Source: an uncultured bacterium (GTDB lineage: Bacteria > Bacteroidota > Rhodothermia > Balneolales > DATFMH01). Taken from it: a stretch of DNA of 64,000 nucleotides. Each line of letters starts with the position of its first letter. The stretch's first letter is position 1. The stretch is taken from positions 1,488,885 to 1,552,884 of the forward strand of contig CAVQHI010000002.1 in the NCBI GenBank assembly GCA_963712305.1. The letters are read 5' to 3'. The position numbers and the translations under genes were made by a program. The notes beneath the pieces were generated by a model. That model was not told the DNA's origin. It made no database searches and saw nothing but the letters and a program-made list of their open reading frames with translations. Positions 55,342-64,000 of the stretch are shown piece after piece.

Positions 55342-57606
55342 ATGAATTTATCAACAAATAAAGCAAGAAGATCAATAACCCGTAATTCATGCCTGATCAT
55401 GGTGGTTGGCTTGATCTTCTTTCAAGCCTGTACGGAGCATAGCGTTCAAAAAAAGATGGCAGAACATGGTGAAACTGCGATGAATGCTAAGATCGATTCG
55501 CTGCTCAGTCAAATGACACTGGAAGAAAAGGTCGGTCAGTTGACAGTCATGGGCGCAGATCGTAAGAACCTCAAAGAATTAATCAAAGAGGGTAAAGTCG
55601 GTGGCACGAATGGTGTGTTGCCCGGCAGGGATGTGGGTCCATATACAAATGAGATGCAGAAACTGGCGATGCAGTCCCGGTTGAAAATCCCGCTTATGTT
55701 CATGGGCGATGTGATCCATGGCTTCCGGACCGTATTCCCGGTCCCTTTAGCCCTGACTTCCTCGTGGGACCCTGAACTTACACAAGAAATGGACAGTGTA
55801 TCTGCTATTGAAGCTACGGCCGCGGGCGTCGATTGGACCTTCACGCCTATGGTCGATATCAGCCGGGATCCGCGCTGGGGTCGTGTTGTTGAAGGCGCCG
55901 GAGAAGATCCTTGCCTCGGATCAAAAATTGCTGCGGCAGCGGTACACGGATTTCAGGGAAGCAGTCTGTCCGATCCCAATACTATGATGGCAACCGCTAA
56001 ACATTTTGCAGGTTACGGAGCTGTGGAAAGCGGGCGTGATTACAATACGGCGGATATGTCCGATCGTCGTTTGAAAACGATATATCTACCCCCATTCAAA
56101 GCAGCAAACGATCAGGGCATCGGCTCGTTCATGGCCGCTTTTGTTTCATTCGATGGTGTCCCGGCAACAGCTAACAGCTACTTGTTAACGGATATTTTAC
56201 GCAAACAGTGGGGTTTCAATGGACTTGTCGTCTCAGATTATGATGCCATTCCGGAACTGCAACAACATGGCATAGCAGGTTCACCGGCAGAAGCCGCACG
56301 CCTGGCTATCAATGCCGGAATCGACGTAGACCTGCACAGTGGAACTTACATTGATAATCTCCCGGAATTGGTGAAGGATGGGAAAGTCAAAGAATCAGTT
56401 ATTGATAATGCGGTGCGACATGTTCTTGAAGCGAAGTACAAGCTGGGACTTTTTGATGATCCTTATAAATATGGTGGAGCAAATCGTAAAAACCAGGAAG
56501 AATTGCTCAAGGAACATCGACCGATTGCCAGGGATATTGCCCGTAAGTCGATGGTACTGCTAAAAAATGAGGATCATCTGCTTCCTCTTAATAAAGATGT
56601 AAAATCGATCGCCGTCATTGGTCCGCTTGCAGATGATAAAGAAGATTTACTGGGGGCCGTACATGCTCTTGGACGTCCTGAAGAAGCGTTAACCGTGCTT
56701 CAGGGAATCAAAAATGCCGTTTCACCGAATACCAAAGTTGTTTATTCGAAAGGAACCGGAATAGACAGTCATGATACCACAGGTTTTGCTGAGGCAGTGT
56801 CAGCGGCCCGGAAGTCAGATATTGTTGTTATGGCTGTTGGCGAGAGTGCCGGGATGAGCGGGGAAGGCGATAGCCGGTCAATGCTTAATCTGCCCGGAAA
56901 CCAATTGGACCTTGTGAAAGCCGTGATGAATACAGGTAAACCGGTCGTCGTAGTGTTATTGAATGGCCGGCCATTAGTCATCAACTGGCTCCATGATCAC
57001 GTTCCAGCCATTCTCGAATCGTGGCTTCCGGGAACGGAAGGAGGACCGGCTGTCGCAGATGTATTGTTCGGTGATTACAATCCGTCGGGAAAACTGCCCA
57101 TGACATTTCCCCGCGATGTCGGACAAATTCCGATCTACTATGATCACCTGAATACCGGCAGGCCGTTCAAGCCGGACCAAAAATATGTTAGCCGCTATAT
57201 CGATATACCAAATACGCCGCTCTATTCCTTTGGATATGGATTGAGTTACACAACCTTTTCGTATTCGTCGATTCATCTTAATACACAAAACATGGGGTGG
57301 AATGATACGCTGCAAGTCTCAGCAAATGTTAAAAACACTGGTGACAGAAAAGGCTCAGACGTTGTTCAGTTATATATTCACGATGTCGTTGCGAGCATCA
57401 GTCCCCCGGTAAGAGAATTGAAAGGATTTCAACGTGTGAAACTCAATCCGGGTGAATCGAAAGCAGTCACATTCAGACTAACGCGTAACGATCTTGCTTT
57501 CTATAAAAAAGACATGAGTTTTGGTGCAGAACCGGGCAGGTTTGAAGTTTATGTGGGCGGAAATCCGGATTCGCTTCGGCAGGCTGATTTTACACTATCG
57601 ATGTAG
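55342..57606 (+). CDS. bglX: GH3 beta-glucosidase, paralog of 43311..45605
   Basis: 754 aa. KVGQLTV, GDVIHGFRT, SRDPRWGRVVEGAGEDP, GLVVSDY. Collinear with the other GH3, roughly 60% identity by eye. Confidence 0.92.
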   Translation: MNLSTNKARRSITRNSCLIMVVGLIFFQACTEHSVQKKMAEHGETAMNAKIDSLLSQMTLEEKVGQLTVMGADRKNLKELIKEGKVGGTNGVLPGRDVGPYTNEMQKLAMQSRLKIPLMFMGDVIHGFRTVFPVPLALTSSWDPELTQEMDSVSAIEATAAGVDWTFTPMVDISRDPRWGRVVEGAGEDPCLGSKIAAAAVHGFQGSSLSDPNTMMATAKHFAGYGAVESGRDYNTADMSDRRLKTIYLPPFKAANDQGIGSFMAAFVSFDGVPATANSYLLTDILRKQWGFNGLVVSDYDAIPELQQHGIAGSPAEAARLAINAGIDVDLHSGTYIDNLPELVKDGKVKESVIDNAVRHVLEAKYKLGLFDDPYKYGGANRKNQEELLKEHRPIARDIARKSMVLLKNEDHLLPLNKDVKSIAVIGPLADDKEDLLGAVHALGRPEEALTVLQGIKNAVSPNTKVVYSKGTGIDSHDTTGFAEAVSAARKSDIVVMAVGESAGMSGEGDSRSMLNLPGNQLDLVKAVMNTGKPVVVVLLNGRPLVINWLHDHVPAILESWLPGTEGGPAVADVLFGDYNPSGKLPMTFPRDVGQIPIYYDHLNTGRPFKPDQKYVSRYIDIPNTPLYSFGYGLSYTTFSYSSIHLNTQNMGWNDTLQVSANVKNTGDRKGSDVVQLYIHDVVASISPPVRELKGFQRVKLNPGESKAVTFRLTRNDLAFYKKDMSFGAEPGRFEVYVGGNPDSLRQADFTLSM

Positions 57607-57706
57607 AAGCTGGTTTAAGCGTTCTCGCTTGAACCGCGCCAGTGTATGATACTGGCGAGGACGCCTATACCAGCGAAAGAGAAGTATTTTAAAAACTGCA
57701 AATTTG

Positions 57707-59143
57707 ATGCAAAAGGAAAATCTTATGAAAACGTCTTCGAATAAAACAGGATTGGCACTTGCCGTATTGATGTGCATACTGGTATTCGGCGGGTGCAAGC
57801 AGCGATCGACGAATGAGAATTCTGGTCCGGACAGTACCATCACCGAGAACGATAAAGTGTTCCTGGATACGCTCGAACTGCGGACGTTTCATTATTTCTG
57901 GGATCTGGCCGATCCGAATACAGGGCTCATTCCAGATCGAGCGCCCACAAAATCATTTTCAAGTATAGCGGCGACGGGTTTTGGTCTGGCTTCATACGTT
58001 ATTGGTGTTGAACGCGGGTACGTCTCCCGCCAGGATGCTGCAGCCCGCGTACTCAAGACGCTCAAATTCTTCTGGAACGCCCCTATGGGCTCCGATGCAA
58101 CCGGTGTGTCAGGGTACAAAGGCTTCTATTATCACTTCCTGGATATGAGTACCGGTGAGAGGTTCAAAAATGTAGAACTTTCTACAATCGATACGACCTG
58201 GCTGTTGGCGGGCATCCTGACCTGCCGCGATTACTTCGACGGTTCATCCGCCGACGAAACGCAAATTCGGGCACTTGCAGATTCTATTAATAATCGTGTC
58301 GACTGGCCGTGGATTACGAAGAGCGACGGACTGGTCAGTATGGGTTGGCATCCGGAGAGTGGGTTTTTGAACGCCGAATGGAGTGGATACAACGAGGGAA
58401 TGTTTTTATACGTGTTGGCGCTGGGCTCACCAACTCATCCACTCCCGGGCAGTGCGTGGACGAAGTGGACACAGACGTATCAATGGGGAAATTTCTATGG
58501 ATATCTCGGCGTGCAGTTTGGTCCGCTGTTTGGTCACCAGTATTCCCAGATGTTTGTCGATTATAAGGGGATCCAGGATGCGTACATGAAACAGAAAGGC
58601 AGTGATTATTTCGAAAACGCAAAGAATGCCACCCTTGGCCAGATTGCTTATGCAGAGAAAAATCCGAAACAGTTCGATGGTTATGGTGAAAATGTCTGGG
58701 GACTTACAGCATGCGACGGTCCCGGTGACACAACCATAACCGTGTATGGCAACTCGATTCACTTCAGAGGCTACAGTGCCAGGGGGGAAGCTGCCAATTA
58801 TGATGTTGATGATGGCACCTTAGCGCCCACTGCTGCCGGCGGCTCGATAGCCTTTACACCAAAAAGAAGTATTGCAGCCCTGGAGTATATGAAAAGCAAC
58901 TACCCCGGAATCTGGAGCGACTACGGGTTTAAAGACTCATTCAATCCCACCTGGCCGCTGAAGCAAAACGGTGAGAAAGCGTGGTATGATAAGGATTATC
59001 TTGGCATTGACCAGGGACCCATCCTGATCATGGCTGAAAATTACCGAACCGGTTTAATCTGGAACCTGTTAAAGAAAGACTCCGTAGTTGTGCGCGGGTT
59101 GAAAAAAGCCGGTTTCTCTGGCGGCTGGCTGAACATAAAATAG
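57707..59143 (+). CDS. GH144-like (putative glucoamylase/DUF3131 family) endo-beta-1,2-glucanase candidate, lipoprotein
   Basis: TTG 57704, ATG 57707. ATG 57725 gives MKTSSNKTGLALAVLMCILVFGGC (lipobox). TFHYFWDLADPNTGLIPDR, SSIAATGFGLASYVIGVERGY, GFYYHFLDMSTGERF, ELSTIDTTWLLAGIL. These match my recollection of the Pfam Glycoamylase/GH144 family. Confidence 0.72.
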   Translation: MQKENLMKTSSNKTGLALAVLMCILVFGGCKQRSTNENSGPDSTITENDKVFLDTLELRTFHYFWDLADPNTGLIPDRAPTKSFSSIAATGFGLASYVIGVERGYVSRQDAAARVLKTLKFFWNAPMGSDATGVSGYKGFYYHFLDMSTGERFKNVELSTIDTTWLLAGILTCRDYFDGSSADETQIRALADSINNRVDWPWITKSDGLVSMGWHPESGFLNAEWSGYNEGMFLYVLALGSPTHPLPGSAWTKWTQTYQWGNFYGYLGVQFGPLFGHQYSQMFVDYKGIQDAYMKQKGSDYFENAKNATLGQIAYAEKNPKQFDGYGENVWGLTACDGPGDTTITVYGNSIHFRGYSARGEAANYDVDDGTLAPTAAGGSIAFTPKRSIAALEYMKSNYPGIWSDYGFKDSFNPTWPLKQNGEKAWYDKDYLGIDQGPILIMAENYRTGLIWNLLKKDSVVVRGLKKAGFSGGWLNIK

Positions 59144-59505
59144 TGGGGAATGGGCTGAAACCACATGTGTAAGGATAAGTTAACCTTTGCAGGCCGGACT
59201 GGCAGTCCAGCCTGCTCGAATATTACACCACCAGCCGTCGATCATCCTGACGATTACAGTTGATGTGAACGTGGCAAACAAGGAAAAGAGAAAAATATTC
59301 AGTGGGCGTACAACGAATCGGATTCAGGATTCTAAATCGATGAGAAATCGGCAGCAGTGAGCACCAGGGTGTGCATGTCCGATACGTAAAATCATTCCCG
59401 TCAAGATAAAGACTACGGTGTGTGGATAACCTGCAGACGATCTTCTCCGATGTTTTCTTCGGCAAGCGTTTGTACCGTCGGACTGGTAGTCCGACCTACG
59501 ACAGG

Positions 59506-59648
59506 TGTCATACGCCGCGGCGAATCTCTTTAGTTGCAGGAAGTGGACCCGTTCATGTGCTTCGATCGGTTCCGGCGTGCTAACGAGATCCCTCGGCCCG
59601 CTGGATCGTAGCCGAAGGAAGGATTTGGCTTGGGCTTCAGGATGAAAG
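59506..59648 (+). repeat. Family A GC-rich element (copy E3)
   Basis: Begins with TGTCAT and ends with CAGGATGAAAG. It shares GTTGCAGGA and AACGAGATCC with 32033-32154. Confidence 0.65.
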
Positions 59649-59742
59649 AATTGGTGTTTTGGGTATGGTAACTAGCGGCGGATATTTGCCTGGCAAACGA
59701 CCGGAAACACTAGCAACGCAACATCACCCCAAACGCAAAGAA

Positions 59743-59876
59743 TGTCATCCTGCTGTCGATCCCGGACGTTCCCGGGATCGGCTTAGGATCCCGTCTGCAA
59801 GTGGCAACATGCGATCGGTGCCGGATGCTCGCGGGATTCTACGTTCCCCTGCAAGTCGGAGAATATCGGCATGACA
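59743..59876 (+). repeat. Family A MITE-like element (copy E2), TGTCAT...ATGACA termini
   Basis: Flanked by the same GAATGTCAT ... ATGACAGTT ends as E1. Internal palindrome GATCCCGGACGTTCCCGGGATC. It shares the (G)AT(C/T)CTACGT and CTGCAAG blocks with E1. Confidence 0.65.
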
Positions 59877-59973
59877 GTTCTTTTGGGGGGAGGGAATAAT
59901 AGCATCTCATAAAAATTAATCATTATATCGTGCACACATTAAAAAAGGGTTGCGGGACATAGGGATTGAGATT

Positions 59974-60762
59974 ATGGGATTTGCAATCTATGCTGATTTT
60001 ATAGCTAATCTTAATGTAACTCTTGTTTTCAAGGAAAAATCAGCTATTTTGTTTCATGATCGTGTACAAGATACACTTCTTTTTATAACAACGAATTGGT
60101 CGTGTCAAAGACAAATTTATAAACGATTAAGAACGATATCAGAGTTGGTTGATGATAGCAGCATATTGAAAGAGGGAGATGAGTTACAATATTGGCACCG
60201 TATCTCACAGGGGGATATTGAGACCTATGAGTATGTGTTCAAATCCTACTACTCCGATCTTTATGGCTATGGCCTGAAACTCAGCGGAAGACCGGAGTTG
60301 GTTAAGGATGTCATCCAGGAACTGTTTGTTATGATATGGGAGCGTCGGGGGCAGCTTGATACGATTTACTCTCTGAAAGTATATCTTATGGTGTCTCTCA
60401 GGAGACAGATTCTGAAAACATTGTACAGAGAGAGACGGGAAATAGAAATCCTGAATAATCAAAATGATGTACCTGAAATTCATTTCACGGCTGAAGAAAT
60501 CATCATTAGGGATGAATCCCTGGAAGAACGCAGAAAAGAATTGCAGGATGCTTTGAACAGTTTGCCACCCCGGCAAAAAGAAGTAATATATCTTCGGTTT
60601 TACAATGGGATGAGTTATGAAGAAATTGAAGAAATTCTGTCGATCAACTATCAATCCATAAGGAATCATGTTCACCGGGCAATAAAAAATCTTCGAGAGA
60701 TACTGCAGGAAAATATGCCCAAAATAGTTGCTTTAAGTCTTCTCGGTTTTTTCCTCTCTTAA
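59974..60762 (+). CDS. ECF-type sigma factor, no adjacent anti-sigma gene; start uncertain
   Basis: Region 2 (YEYVFKSYYSDLYGYGLKL...VIQELFVMIW) and region 4 (MSYEEIEEILSINYQSIRNHVHRA). The track start is TTG 59950 and the first ATG is 59974. The conserved part begins near TTG 60145, so the AT-rich first ~190 nt may be leader. Hydrophobic C-terminal tail IVALSLLGFFLS. Confidence 0.72.
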   Translation: MGFAIYADFIANLNVTLVFKEKSAILFHDRVQDTLLFITTNWSCQRQIYKRLRTISELVDDSSILKEGDELQYWHRISQGDIETYEYVFKSYYSDLYGYGLKLSGRPELVKDVIQELFVMIWERRGQLDTIYSLKVYLMVSLRRQILKTLYRERREIEILNNQNDVPEIHFTAEEIIIRDESLEERRKELQDALNSLPPRQKEVIYLRFYNGMSYEEIEEILSINYQSIRNHVHRAIKNLREILQENMPKIVALSLLGFFLS

Positions 60763-61000
60763 TGCTCGCGTATGTTGTGTCCCCGGAAATCATCATGAAC
60801 AATTTGCTGCGTAAAAAGGGTGTTTCCGGTGTGAATCTTTAGTGGATTGGCATGTCCCTGTAATTTAAATTCGATTTTGAGTACAAAAGACAGAACGGCG
60901 TCTCTTTAATCATCAGAATTGATAATTAGGAACAGAATTTTGTCAGCGACGACAAAACGAAGAGTCGACATTTCAATATTCATTCTTCACGACTAATGTT

Positions 61001-63871
61001 ATGATTAATAGAATTAATAGATTGGTTGGTGTCTTTATAAGCCTGGTAGCGCTAATAATTTTTTTTACAGCTTGTAATAGTGGTCCAAATTATAAGAAAC
61101 TGAAAGATGGGGTCCTGGTGAGACTCCCTGATGCTTCCGGAAAGGATGCCAGGCTGGTTAAATTGCAGGTTGTTACCCCGAAAATTATCCACGTGACTGC
61201 CAGCCCTGTTGATTCATTTCCACATGCCACGGATTTGATGATTGTTAAAAAGAACCGCCCTGCAGTTGTATGGAATCTGAAAGAGAATGATAAAAAACTG
61301 GTACTATCAACCTCTGAAATCAGTGCAACAGTATCTTTAGAAACCGGTCGGGTATCCTTCGCCGACAGCACGGGGAAACCATTACTGCAGGAAGAAAAGG
61401 GGGGAGGTAAAACCTTCTTGCCGGATTCGGCAGACGGCGAGCCGTTTTACCAGGTTCACCAGGTGTTCCAATCGCCGCAAAACGAGGCGTTTTATGGGTT
61501 AGGTGAGCATCAGACCGGGATCATGGATCTGAAGGGGCACAATGTGGTTCTGGCGCAGCATAATACCGAAGCTGCCGTCCCATTCCTGGTATCAAATCGT
61601 AATTATGGACTCCTCTGGGATAATTACTCGATCACCCGATTCGGGTACGATAAACCTTACGATGAACTTTCCTCGCTGCACTTGTATGGAACCGATGGGA
61701 AGGAAGGCGGATTGACCGCAAAATACACTTCTAAAACCGATACGACGGATGTTTTTGATAACCGCACAGAAGATTCCATTGATTATGAGTTCATCAGCGA
61801 CATGAAAAAGTTTCCCAGTGACTTCCACGGGCAGCGCATGTCGGACGGTATGGTTACCTGGGAAGGATCGGTAGCATCCGACTTCTCCGGTGTACATAAG
61901 CTGAAACTTACCTCTGCCGGTTATGTTAAACTTTGGTTCAACGACTCATTGTTGACATCCCGCTGGCGGCAGGCCTGGAACCCGGTCACCTCCCGTTTTG
62001 ATGTTACTATGGAAAAGGGGAAAAAATGCCCCATAAAGATTCAGTGGATACCCGACGGAGGAGAATCATACATCGCACTGAAATGGCGCAAGCCCATGCC
62101 GGAATTGGATAAACATCAGCTGTCGCTGCATTCTGAAATAGCCAATGATATTAACTACTATTTCGTGTACGGGAAGAACATGGACCAGATCATCAGCGGC
62201 TATAGAAACCTGACAGGTAAAGCTCCCATCATGCCGAAATGGGCCATGGGATTCTGGCAAAGTCGGGAGCACTACGATTCGCAGAAGCAGATTTTATCCG
62301 TAGTCAAAGAATTTCGTCAGAGAAACATTCCATTGGATAATATCGTACAGGACTGGTTTTACTGGGAAAAAGACAAGTGGGGCAGCCAGCGGTTTGATTC
62401 AACCCGCTATCCGGATCCGGAAAAGATGATCCGGGAACTGCACGATTTATATCACACTCATTTTATGATCTCGGTATGGCCCAAGTTTTACACCGGAACC
62501 AAAGAGTTTGAGTATTTCTGGAACAAGGGATGGTTATACAAGAAGAATGTTCAGGATTCTCAGAAGGACTGGGTAGGCTATGTATCGACCTTCTATGATG
62601 CTTTTAATCCCAATGCCCGCAAGGCGTTTTGGGATATGGTCAATCAACGTTTGTTTAGCCTGGGCGTCGACGCCTGGTGGCTTGATGCCTCGGAACCCGA
62701 CATCTATTCCAATACTACCATCAAAATGCGCAAGGAATTGATGGACCCCACGTATCTTGGCCCGGCGGCGCAGTACTTCAACGCGTATCCGTTGGTTGAT
62801 GCGGAGGCTTTTTATAATGGTCAGCGTGAAGTCAAACCGGATCAGAGAGTGTTCATTTTAACGCGATCGGGTTTTGCGGGACTTCAGCGATATTCTGCGG
62901 CCGTATGGAGCGGAGACATTGGAACCACCTGGAACGACATGAGGAACCAGATTGCCGTCGGACTTAATTTCTCCATGGCAGGCGTCCCGTTCTGGACTAT
63001 GGATATTGGTGGATTTGCGGTTGAATCCCGCTATATCCACCCGGATAAGAAGAACCTGGAGGAATGGCGTGAACTGGAGACCCGGTGGTACCAGTTTGGT
63101 GCTTTTGCCCCGTTGTTCCGTTCGCACGGGCAGCTCCCCTATCGCGAGGTATTCAATATCGCACCGGCCGGTACCCCAACCTATCAGAGCATCCTGTATT
63201 ATGATCAGCTGAGATATCGTCTCATGCCTTATATCTACTCGCTGGACGGCATGGTGCATTTTGATAACTACACCATCATGCGTGGTCTGGCGATGGATTT
63301 TCCGCAAGATAAAAATGTCTTGAATATCGGCGACGAGTATATGTTCGGTCCCAGCCTGTTGATTAACCCTGTGTACAAGTACAAGGCGCGCAGTCGCTCA
63401 GTTTATTTGCCGGAGTCGAAAGGATGGTACGATCTTTATTCAGGCAAATATCTTGAGGGAGGACAAACGATCAATGCGAGCGCACCGTATTCACGAATGC
63501 CGATATTTGTTAAGGCAGGTTCAATCCTTCCATTTGGACCCGAAATCCAATACACAGGACAGAAACCGAACAACCCGATAACCCTGTTTGTATACACCGG
63601 CGCAGACGGTCATTTTACCCTTTATGAAGATGACGGTACAACATATAATTATGAAAAAGGGCAGTATACAGACATTCCCATCACGTATAATGAACAGGAT
63701 CACAGCCTGACTATCGGAAAGAGGGAGGGTTCATTCCCCGGTACCATCCAGGAACGAACTTTCCGGGTTGTCTGGCTGAGCAGGGATCATCCGGCTAAGC
63801 TTAATTTTGAAGCCAGACCTGACGCGGTCATTAAATACAACGGCGAAGAAACGACCGTCAGGATGAAGTGA
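61001..63871 (+). CDS. GH31 alpha-xylosidase/alpha-glucosidase with PA14-like insert, lipoprotein
   Basis: 956 aa. Lipobox FFTAC. GH31 motifs WAMGFWQSREHY, IVQDWFYW, GVDAWWLDASEPD (nucleophile region), FILTRSGFAGLQRYSAAVWSGDI, FWTMDIGGF. The insert GLTAKYTSK...VKLWFNDSLL...IKIQW looks like PA14, as in characterised alpha-xylosidases. Confidence 0.88.
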   Translation: MINRINRLVGVFISLVALIIFFTACNSGPNYKKLKDGVLVRLPDASGKDARLVKLQVVTPKIIHVTASPVDSFPHATDLMIVKKNRPAVVWNLKENDKKLVLSTSEISATVSLETGRVSFADSTGKPLLQEEKGGGKTFLPDSADGEPFYQVHQVFQSPQNEAFYGLGEHQTGIMDLKGHNVVLAQHNTEAAVPFLVSNRNYGLLWDNYSITRFGYDKPYDELSSLHLYGTDGKEGGLTAKYTSKTDTTDVFDNRTEDSIDYEFISDMKKFPSDFHGQRMSDGMVTWEGSVASDFSGVHKLKLTSAGYVKLWFNDSLLTSRWRQAWNPVTSRFDVTMEKGKKCPIKIQWIPDGGESYIALKWRKPMPELDKHQLSLHSEIANDINYYFVYGKNMDQIISGYRNLTGKAPIMPKWAMGFWQSREHYDSQKQILSVVKEFRQRNIPLDNIVQDWFYWEKDKWGSQRFDSTRYPDPEKMIRELHDLYHTHFMISVWPKFYTGTKEFEYFWNKGWLYKKNVQDSQKDWVGYVSTFYDAFNPNARKAFWDMVNQRLFSLGVDAWWLDASEPDIYSNTTIKMRKELMDPTYLGPAAQYFNAYPLVDAEAFYNGQREVKPDQRVFILTRSGFAGLQRYSAAVWSGDIGTTWNDMRNQIAVGLNFSMAGVPFWTMDIGGFAVESRYIHPDKKNLEEWRELETRWYQFGAFAPLFRSHGQLPYREVFNIAPAGTPTYQSILYYDQLRYRLMPYIYSLDGMVHFDNYTIMRGLAMDFPQDKNVLNIGDEYMFGPSLLINPVYKYKARSRSVYLPESKGWYDLYSGKYLEGGQTINASAPYSRMPIFVKAGSILPFGPEIQYTGQKPNNPITLFVYTGADGHFTLYEDDGTTYNYEKGQYTDIPITYNEQDHSLTIGKREGSFPGTIQERTFRVVWLSRDHPAKLNFEARPDAVIKYNGEETTVRMK

Positions 63872-63883
63872 GAATCTGAAATG

Positions 63884-63923
63884 AAACCGGTTGAAGACGG
63901 CTTGTATTCAACCGGTTTTTTTT
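63884..63923 (+). terminator. Rho-independent terminator after GH31
   Basis: Perfect 12-bp stem AAACCGGTTGAA / TTCAACCGGTTT running into a T8 tract. Confidence 0.85.
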
Positions 63924-64000
63924 ATGGAGGAGACAATCCGCAGTCTGCGATACGATTCTGATTGGAGGTCGGACAGGAGTAGTTATGTCTGTCTGAAATA

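Noticed and set aside
59223-59874. ORFs 59223..59465 (-) and 59659..59874 (+) in the repeat island
   Set aside because: They are short and Arg/Pro/Cys-rich, coincide with family A repeats and palindromes, and have no recognisable domain.

Overview
Chromosomal window from a Bacteroidota/FCB-group-type bacterium, judged from SusC/SusD pairs, lipoprotein signal peptides and T9SS C-terminal sorting domains of the NYPNPFNPTT type. All family calls were made by eye from motifs and gene order; no searches, alignments or folding were run.

Layout:
(i) 1-6.3 kb: housekeeping genes. These are a partial IMPase-family gene, prfB with its programmed +1 frameshift, nadB, coaE, a GNAT and fbp.
(ii) 6.7-34.3 kb: 17 co-directional genes forming a pectin/rhamnogalacturonan utilisation locus. 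Content: GH97-like, SusC/SusD, 3x GH28, PL9-like, PL10-like, GH105, GH43, 2x CE8, 2x CE12, SGNH, alpha/beta hydrolase. No regulator gene is visible.
(iii) 34.4-37.1 kb: two divergent esterases.
(iv) 37.8-42.7 kb: a GH2 (glucosaminidase/mannosidase-like)-MFS-ROK kinase operon.
(v) 43.3-59.1 kb: a GH3 gene, then ECF sigma / FecR anti-sigma / STN-SusC / SusD / GH43-discoidin-Fn3 / GH3 / GH144-like. This is a candidate beta-1,2-glucan PUL.
(vi) 59.9-63.9 kb: a second ECF sigma plus a GH31 with a PA14 insert.

No rRNA, tRNA, CRISPR array, transposase or integrase was recognised.

Most unusual observations:
- A ~120-aa PDZ-like insertion inside the second SusD-like protein.
- An unassigned ~165-aa domain shared by the C-terminus of a GH28 and a stand-alone T9SS-secreted protein.
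- Several families of GC-rich palindromic/MITE-like intergenic repeats concentrated in the 5' leaders of secreted CAZyme genes. In two genes the repeat lies between the only ATG and the signal peptide. In one gene a repeat hairpin abuts the start codon.
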